A stretch of DNA of 47,628 nucleotides from Verrucomicrobiota bacterium (lineage in GTDB: Bacteria; Verrucomicrobiota; Verrucomicrobiia; Chthoniobacterales; Chthoniobacteraceae), in assembly GCA_037130675.1 (NCBI GenBank), contig JBAXSN010000001.1, positions 1 through 47,628 of the forward strand, written 5' to 3'. The position numbers and the translations under genes were made by a program. Shown one piece after another: positions 42,219 through 47,628 of the stretch; positions within the stretch are counted from its first letter, which is position 1, and each line of letters opens with the position of its first letter. The notes under the pieces are model-generated. The model did not search any database. It was not told where the DNA came from and saw nothing but the letters and a program-made list of their open reading frames with translations.

Positions 42219-43217
42219 ATGAAGGATACAACGCCAAAGATCGGAACCTTTCCGGAAAGCACCCCGATAGTTGTCTCTCAGACTGGAAACGGTGACTTCA
42301 AATCGATCGCCAAAGCCGTGGAGCATGCAAAACCCGGTGCCACCATCAGGATCAAATCGGGTTTCTACGAGGAGGCGGTGGTGATTTCAAAGCCACTCGC
42401 CCTCCTCGGAGATCCCGAAGGCCTGGTGGTGCTCGCGCACTCGGATTTCGCCTCTTTCACGGTGAAATCCACCGAGTTGAAGATCGCCCACCTTGCCCTT
42501 GTATCCGGGCTGCAGTCGCCCTCGCTGGATATCCGCGCATCCAAAGTCGAGTTGAAGGACTCGGTCCTGTGGGCGCTCGACACGTCGTTGAAGAAATTCA
42601 ATCCCTCCCTGCTTCCGGCTCGCGGCATTGTCGAGAGTTCGTTTCTTGGGGCTTCCATGAAATATTCCATTCCAATCCGGCTAATCATCGCCAATCTTCT
42701 GGGCTCAAACAAATATGGGCTGGGCGGTTCGCGGTCATCCGGAACGGAGGAAGGTTCGACTCTGGAACCGTTCGGCTCGCCCGACGTCATTCTAACCAAG
42801 GAGTCGAGCTTTAGCGCGGCGAACTCGTTCATCGGGCTCGCGAGCCTGGTAGCCAGGGATCAATCGGTGATGTCTTTCGCCGACTGCCGTTTCGACTCCG
42901 TCTCACTCATGTCCTGGGCAGCAGAGGCCTTGAATTTCTTCGGGTGCGAGTTCTTCGGCAAAGCAGCCCAGCCGCACGTCCACATCACGCGGGAAGAAAT
43001 CATTGAGTCGGCCCGTGAGAATCGCCATCAACCTGACCGGTTCAAGCTGGAACGAGATGCCAGCCTGCGGCTTCGAGTTCAAGAGTGGGCTTCCCGCCCC
43101 AAGGCGGAATCGGCCTCCGCCGAGAACGAATACAAGTGTTCCGTCACATCGGAACAAACGGCCGCCCCCGAAAAATGTTGTGCACCCGCACAAAATTTTT
43201 GTAGCGCGGCAAGCTGA
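42219..43217 (+). CDS. Hypothetical cytoplasmic protein with a pectin-lyase-fold-like N-terminus and a Cys-rich C-terminal tail
   Basis: 332 aa, no signal peptide. VVSQTGNGDFKSIAKAVEHAKPGATIRIKSGFYEEAVVISKPLALLG resembles the opening rungs of right-handed beta-helix proteins. The tail is KCSVTSEQTAAPEKCCAPAQNFCSAAS. Confidence 0.55.
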   Translation: MKDTTPKIGTFPESTPIVVSQTGNGDFKSIAKAVEHAKPGATIRIKSGFYEEAVVISKPLALLGDPEGLVVLAHSDFASFTVKSTELKIAHLALVSGLQSPSLDIRASKVELKDSVLWALDTSLKKFNPSLLPARGIVESSFLGASMKYSIPIRLIIANLLGSNKYGLGGSRSSGTEEGSTLEPFGSPDVILTKESSFSAANSFIGLASLVARDQSVMSFADCRFDSVSLMSWAAEALNFFGCEFFGKAAQPHVHITREEIIESARENRHQPDRFKLERDASLRLRVQEWASRPKAESASAENEYKCSVTSEQTAAPEKCCAPAQNFCSAAS

Positions 43218-43290
43218 TTTGTGCGATATTGAAACGACAAACCCGGAAACGAATCCGGGCCTGTCGGAAAACCGTTAAGGAGAAACCATC

Positions 43291-43818
43291 GTGAGCACTA
43301 CTCAGGCAGCCACTAAAGAGGCCATCGCCTTCGAAGCGATCAACGACCTGCTTTACGAAGCCATGTTGAACTGTGAGAACGCCCTCAAGTCGGGAATTCG
43401 GATCCAAGAAGATTCCGTCAAGCTCTGGAGGGACCTGCTCGCCAAAGTCGATTCTTATAATCTTCTCAAATCCAAGCTGGATGCCCTTTCCACCGAACTT
43501 TTTCCCACGTTGCGAAAGCGTCTGGAGGAAATGGTGGAGAGTTCGTCCTTGAGCCTAATGCTCATCAACCGCACGGGGAGCCAGACGCTTGCTCTTTTAG
43601 AAAAATCCCTTGAGTTTTGCGAGTCCACGTCGATCCCCCAAGCCAGGGAAAAGCTTGACGATTTTTTTGAGAGCTACGTGGCGGCCATGCGCGAGAATAC
43701 CCCGATTGTGTTGAGCACAAATCACAAGCTCATTCATGCCTGGGGGAACCTGGCAAATTGGAACCCACTTCAACTACTTTGTGCGACGGCACAATGCCAT
43801 GCGACGCGCGTCGCCTGA
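43291..43818 (+). CDS. Phasin-like protein, paralog 1 (inferred)
   Basis: 175 aa, GTG start 7 nt after AAGGAG. Predicted helical. About 40% identical by eye to the next ORF. Located in the PHA locus. Confidence 0.55.
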   Translation: MSTTQAATKEAIAFEAINDLLYEAMLNCENALKSGIRIQEDSVKLWRDLLAKVDSYNLLKSKLDALSTELFPTLRKRLEEMVESSSLSLMLINRTGSQTLALLEKSLEFCESTSIPQAREKLDDFFESYVAAMRENTPIVLSTNHKLIHAWGNLANWNPLQLLCATAQCHATRVA

Positions 43819-43888
43819 TCGTCCGCGGGCCCATGGAGACATTTCCTGGGTCTTGAAAAAATAAAACCAAACAGAAAACAGAAAAACC

Positions 43889-44380
43889 ATGAGCGCAACG
43901 TCAACTGCTAGCAAAGAAAAGGAAAAGGTCACCAGCATGCCTATGCCTTCGCAATCCATCAACGAAGTCTTTCATGAGTCCATGCTCAGTTATGAGAAGG
44001 CCCTCAAGTCAGGCATCCAGCTTCAGGAAGAGTCGATCAATCTTTGGAAAGATCTGCTCACCAAGCTCGGTTCGCCCGAAGAATTCCAAGCCAAACTCGA
44101 GTCCCTGAATTCCGATGTCTTCCCCGCCGCGCGCAAGCGCCTGGAGGAATTTGTCGAGACCTTCAACCGCACGAGCAACCAGACTCTCGATCTGTTCCAG
44201 AAATCACTGAGCCTTTACCAGGCCACCTCGCTCACCGACGCGCAGCGCCGTGTTCAGGAACTGCTGGAGTGCTCGCTGACCACCCTGCGGGTCAATGTTC
44301 ATACCGCGCTCAATACGAACGCCAAAATCATGACGTCGTGGAAAGAGCTCGTGGACCGCTTCGGCCCGGCCACTCGCTAA
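43889..44380 (+). CDS. Phasin-like protein, paralog 2 (inferred)
   Basis: 163 aa, colinear with paralog 1 (ALKSGI.LQE.S..LWKDLL.K...FP..RKRLEE.VE). A/C-rich leader without a Shine-Dalgarno sequence. Confidence 0.55.
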   Translation: MSATSTASKEKEKVTSMPMPSQSINEVFHESMLSYEKALKSGIQLQEESINLWKDLLTKLGSPEEFQAKLESLNSDVFPAARKRLEEFVETFNRTSNQTLDLFQKSLSLYQATSLTDAQRRVQELLECSLTTLRVNVHTALNTNAKIMTSWKELVDRFGPATR

Positions 44381-44430
44381 CCGTCCGATCATCCAATCAT
44401 TAAATCATACTAACGTATCTACCAACCACC

Positions 44431-45612
44431 ATGCTCAAGGATATCTACCTAGCCGGCAGCGCCCGGACAGCCCTCGGCGCTTTTTGCGGAGCTTTTTCCG
44501 AGGTTTCGGCAGTTGAACTCGGCAAGACCGCAGTACGAGCGGCTATTACCCGATCTGGCGTGAAGCCCGAGGACGTCGATGAACTCTTCGTTGGGAACAT
44601 TCTCAGCGGTTCACTCCGTCCAAATGCGGCACGCCAGGTCGGGATCGGGGCCGGACTGCCCCTGAATGTTCCGGCCACAACCATCAACGTCCTTTGCGCC
44701 TCCGGCATGAAGGCGATCGCCACTGCGGCCCAGGTCATTCAGGCCGGCGATGCGGAGGTCGTGATCGCGGGCGGCATTGAAAACATGACGCGCTCCCCTT
44801 ACCTGCTCGACAAGGCCCGCACAGGCTTCCGGCTCGGCCACGGGGAGATCTACGATTCCATGCTGCGCGACGCGCTGCTGGACGCGTTTGACGGACAACA
44901 CATGGGCGTCTGCGCCGACAAGGCGGCCGCCCGATACAGCATCACTCGCGAAGAGTTGGACGATTTCGCAATCGAGAGCTACAAGCGCGCCATCCTGGCG
45001 GATAAAGACGGCACTTTCGCGCGGGAGATCGCTCCGGTCGAAGTCGCCGGACGCAAAGGCAAAGTCACCGTTATTGACCATGACGAGGAACCGGGCCGGT
45101 TCAACGAAGAAAAATTCCGCAGCCTTTCGCCGGCATTCGGAAAGAACGGCACGGCGACGGCAGGCAATTCCTCCAGTATCAACGACGGCGCGGCAGCGCT
45201 GGTCGTCGCCTCCGGGGATAAGGCCAGCAAGCTGGGCCTCAATGTCGAGGCGAGGATCGTCGGATACGCGATGCACGCCCAGGAGCCCGAATGGTTCACC
45301 CTGGCGCCGATCGGCGCCATGGGCAAGCTGCTCAAGAATGTCGGGTGGAGCGTCAAGGACGTCGATCTCTTTGAGATCAACGAGGCCTTCTCCGTGGTTC
45401 CGATGGCGGCGATGAAAGACCTCTGCATTCCGCACGAAAAACTCAACGTCCACGGCGGCGCAGTCTGCTTGGGCCACCCGATCGGGGCCAGCGGCGCGCG
45501 CGTCATTGTCACTTTGATCAACGCCCTCAAGACACGCGGCAAAAAGACCGGCGTCGCTTCCCTGTGTGTCGGCGGCGGCATGGGCATCGCGATGGCTATC
45601 GAGCTGGTGTAG
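44431..45612 (+). CDS. phaA: Acetyl-CoA acetyltransferase (thiolase II)
   Basis: 393 aa. Active-site regions NVLCASGMKA, NVHGGAVCLGHPIGASG, CVGGGMG. Confidence 0.93.
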   Translation: MLKDIYLAGSARTALGAFCGAFSEVSAVELGKTAVRAAITRSGVKPEDVDELFVGNILSGSLRPNAARQVGIGAGLPLNVPATTINVLCASGMKAIATAAQVIQAGDAEVVIAGGIENMTRSPYLLDKARTGFRLGHGEIYDSMLRDALLDAFDGQHMGVCADKAAARYSITREELDDFAIESYKRAILADKDGTFAREIAPVEVAGRKGKVTVIDHDEEPGRFNEEKFRSLSPAFGKNGTATAGNSSSINDGAAALVVASGDKASKLGLNVEARIVGYAMHAQEPEWFTLAPIGAMGKLLKNVGWSVKDVDLFEINEAFSVVPMAAMKDLCIPHEKLNVHGGAVCLGHPIGASGARVIVTLINALKTRGKKTGVASLCVGGGMGIAMAIELV

Positions 45613-45707
45613 TTAAGCTCGCCCTGGACTTTCCGGGCGGTGGGTTCCCCCGCCGCCGCCCGGAAGCCCGGGCAAAGAATGTTGGCAACCTTAGCAACCG
45701 ATTCGTT

Positions 45708-46307
45708 ATGCAAGATCCCATTAGCAAATCTTTGGAACAAGCGGCCCTCTTTCAGCGGCTCTGGATGGATTCAGCCACCAAAATGACCGGGGTGTTTTCC
45801 CAATTCTCTCCCATTTCCCCCCCGGTCGAGGAGGCCCGGAAGCTACGCGATGGCATGCTCAAAGTGCTCGGCGAATCGTGTGAAGAGTTCATGCGAACCC
45901 CTCAATTTATGGAAGTCGTGAAGACCTCGATCAATGCCGCGCTCGATCTCCAGCGCTTTTCACGCGAGGGAATGGATCGCATTCACGACCATTTACAAAC
46001 TCCGGACAAGGAGGACATCGACGGCGTGCTGCTGGCCATCCGGCATGTCGAGCGGCGCGTTCTCGACCGACTGGAGGCGATGGACGAGCGGGTCGGAGAT
46101 ATTGACGAGCAGGTGGGGCGCGTCAATGACCGCATCAAAAAATTCGAATCGGCTTCGAAACCGCATAACAGCGGCGGGGAAGAGGCCGCGCCACGGAAAC
46201 GGGCGACAGGTTCCAAGGCCAAAAGGACAACGGCCCCCAAAGACAAGCGCACAATCGCGGGAGCCTACCAACGCTCGGCTGTTCGGAAACCTAATACTTA
46301 TCGATGA
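45708..46307 (+). CDS. phaE: Short PHA synthase partner subunit (PhaE / class IV PhaR-like) with a basic C-terminal tail
   Basis: Start set at MQDPISKSLEQ (ATG 45708 checked). TPDKEDIDGVLLAIRHVERRVLDRLEAMDERV matches the conserved P-x-K/R-x-E/D-I ... coiled-coil block of PhaE/PhaR(IV). Its stop overlaps the phaC start (ATGA). Confidence 0.6.
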   Translation: MQDPISKSLEQAALFQRLWMDSATKMTGVFSQFSPISPPVEEARKLRDGMLKVLGESCEEFMRTPQFMEVVKTSINAALDLQRFSREGMDRIHDHLQTPDKEDIDGVLLAIRHVERRVLDRLEAMDERVGDIDEQVGRVNDRIKKFESASKPHNSGGEEAAPRKRATGSKAKRTTAPKDKRTIAGAYQRSAVRKPNTYR

Positions 46308-47425
46308 GCACTATTGCGGAAAAAAATGACAAGGGCCTCGGGATGTTCCCAAACTGGGGCGCGTGGCAGAAATCGTTGATCGACGAAACGATGGCGAATT
46401 ACCAGCGACTCGCGGCGATTCCGTCCATACCGAAACGAATCGAGCAGGTTCAAAAGGGGGTCACTCCCCGAGAACTCGTTTACGAGGAAGACCGGCTTAA
46501 ACTCTATCGCTATATCGGCTCGAAGCCGCCGAAATACAAGACGCCCATCTGCTTCGTGTTCGCCTTGGTGAACCGCCCCTACATTGTCGATCTTAAGGAA
46601 GACCGCAGCGTGATCGCTCATTTCGTGGAGGCCGGGTTTGACACCTACCTCATCGATTGGGGGAGCCCCACAAGAGCGGAGCGGTTCCTAACGCTCGATG
46701 ACTATATCAATGGTTATCTCCGCAATGTCGTCGATTATCTCCGGGAGCGTGCGGAGGTTGATAAGGTCAACCTGCTCGGCTACTGCATGGGCGGAACGCT
46801 GGCCACGATGTTTACGGCGATCCACCAGGAATTGATCGAAAACTTGATCCTGCTCACCACTGGAATCGATTTCACCAAACAAGAAAAAGCCGGGTTGATC
46901 AGCCTCTGGAGCGATCCCCGCTATTTCGATGTGGATAAGTTCGTGGACACAATCGGGAATGTGCCGGCTGCGTTCATGCAAGGCTCGTTCCTGTTGCTGA
47001 AGCCGATCCAGAACCTGATCCAAAAGCAGATTCATCTGATGGAGAACGTCCATAAAGAAGCCTTCCTGGATGATTTCCTCTACATGGAAACCTGGCTCAA
47101 CGACAACATCCCGGTGCCAGGGGAGGTCTATCGCGAGTTTGCCAAAAATCTGTTCCAGAAAAATCTGCTTATCCAAAACAAGATGACCGTCGGAAGGCAT
47201 ACGGTGGATCTGCGGAAGATCACCTGTCCGTTGCTCAACCTGATGGGCCGCAACGACGACCTCGTCCCGTGCTGCCAGAGCGAATCGCTCAACGACGTGG
47301 TAAGCTCCAAAGACAAGGAGAAGATCGTCTGGCCGGCTGGGCACATCGGCTTGGCTGTCGGCGGCAAAGCTCAAAAAGAGCTCTGGCCACGAGTGGTGGA
47401 CTGGCTCGGCAAGCGGACTGAGTAG
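46304..47425 (+). CDS. phaC: Class III/IV poly(R)-hydroxyalkanoate synthase catalytic subunit
   Basis: 373 aa. Lipase-box variant GYCMGGT with the catalytic Cys. Size is typical of PhaC from two-subunit synthases. Confidence 0.88.
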   Translation: MSTIAEKNDKGLGMFPNWGAWQKSLIDETMANYQRLAAIPSIPKRIEQVQKGVTPRELVYEEDRLKLYRYIGSKPPKYKTPICFVFALVNRPYIVDLKEDRSVIAHFVEAGFDTYLIDWGSPTRAERFLTLDDYINGYLRNVVDYLRERAEVDKVNLLGYCMGGTLATMFTAIHQELIENLILLTTGIDFTKQEKAGLISLWSDPRYFDVDKFVDTIGNVPAAFMQGSFLLLKPIQNLIQKQIHLMENVHKEAFLDDFLYMETWLNDNIPVPGEVYREFAKNLFQKNLLIQNKMTVGRHTVDLRKITCPLLNLMGRNDDLVPCCQSESLNDVVSSKDKEKIVWPAGHIGLAVGGKAQKELWPRVVDWLGKRTE

Positions 47426-47467
47426 TCCCGCCCCCGGCTGCGTGCCTTGCCAGATCATTCGTTGAGG
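47424..47467. repeat. 44-bp direct repeat, copy 1 (starts within the phaC stop codon)
   Basis: AGTCCCGCCCCCGGCTGCGTGCCTTGCCAGATCATTCGTTGAGG. It recurs 162 bp downstream. Confidence 0.85.
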
Positions 47468-47585
47468 AAACTCGGGTGCGGAAATTGCCTTCGTGCGGTT
47501 TGCGAATCGGAGATTCGCGGGGGCAAGTGCGTTCCCAATCGGGAGATTGGGAACGAGCGCGCGTTGGGGGAGGAAGTTTCAAGTC

Positions 47586-47628
47586 AGTCCCGCCCCCGGT
47601 AGCGTGCCTTGCCGGATCATTCGTCGGG
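47586..47628. repeat. 44-bp direct repeat, copy 2 (truncated by the window end)
   Basis: AGTCCCGCCCCCGGTAGCGTGCCTTGCCGGATCATTCGTCGGG. It differs from copy 1 at about 5 positions. Confidence 0.85.

Noticed and set aside
47424-47628. A CRISPR array, as an interpretation of the terminal direct repeats or of the tandem-unit arrays.
   Set aside because: The 162-bp period is far beyond CRISPR repeat-plus-spacer size. The 8-10-bp units have no spacers. There are no cas genes in the window.
1-47628. tRNA, rRNA and tmRNA genes, riboswitches, transposases, integrases, phage genes, and defence systems (RM, CBASS, Abi, retrons and similar).
   Set aside because: I scanned for T-arm-like GGTTCGAATCC motifs, rRNA-like stretches and hallmark protein motifs in all listed ORFs and found none. 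The only mobile-looking or toxin-like items are the non-coding repeats and the broken vapBC reported above.

Overview
High-GC chromosomal segment. From protein flavour and repeat content alone it is most likely a Verrucomicrobia/PVC-type bacterium; no search was run. Most of it is housekeeping: rpmI-rplT-pheS-pheT (minus strand); a stand-alone trpA; a HIT protein; and a sulfur block with an Rrf2 regulator plus two Cys/Met PLP enzymes divergent from cysK-sulfite reductase-cysH-cysD-cysN. It also holds an isolated nuoB-nuoC pair, cysS with a coupled GlmU-like hexapeptide transferase, tsaD, a hybrid histidine kinase, arfB, an EF-hand protein and a GH57 branching enzyme. Three accessory blocks stand out. 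(1) Two adjacent giant secreted Calx-beta / beta-helix proteins (4967-11935). (2) A complete PHA locus (39292-47425): phaR, an SDR, phaB, a cytoplasmic beta-helix-like protein, two phasin-like paralogs, phaA, a short phaE-like subunit and class III/IV phaC. (3) A degraded vapBC-type module between the hexapeptide transferase gene (downstream of cysS) and tsaD. The most unusual signal is non-coding. At least ten intergenic sites carry compound palindromes whose arms are tandem 8-10 bp units (a conserved 6-7-mer core plus variable bases). They use at least five unrelated cores, and two of them split the cys operon. I did not recognise a defence or other multi-gene system. All functional calls rest on my own reading of motifs in the supplied translations, not on database hits.
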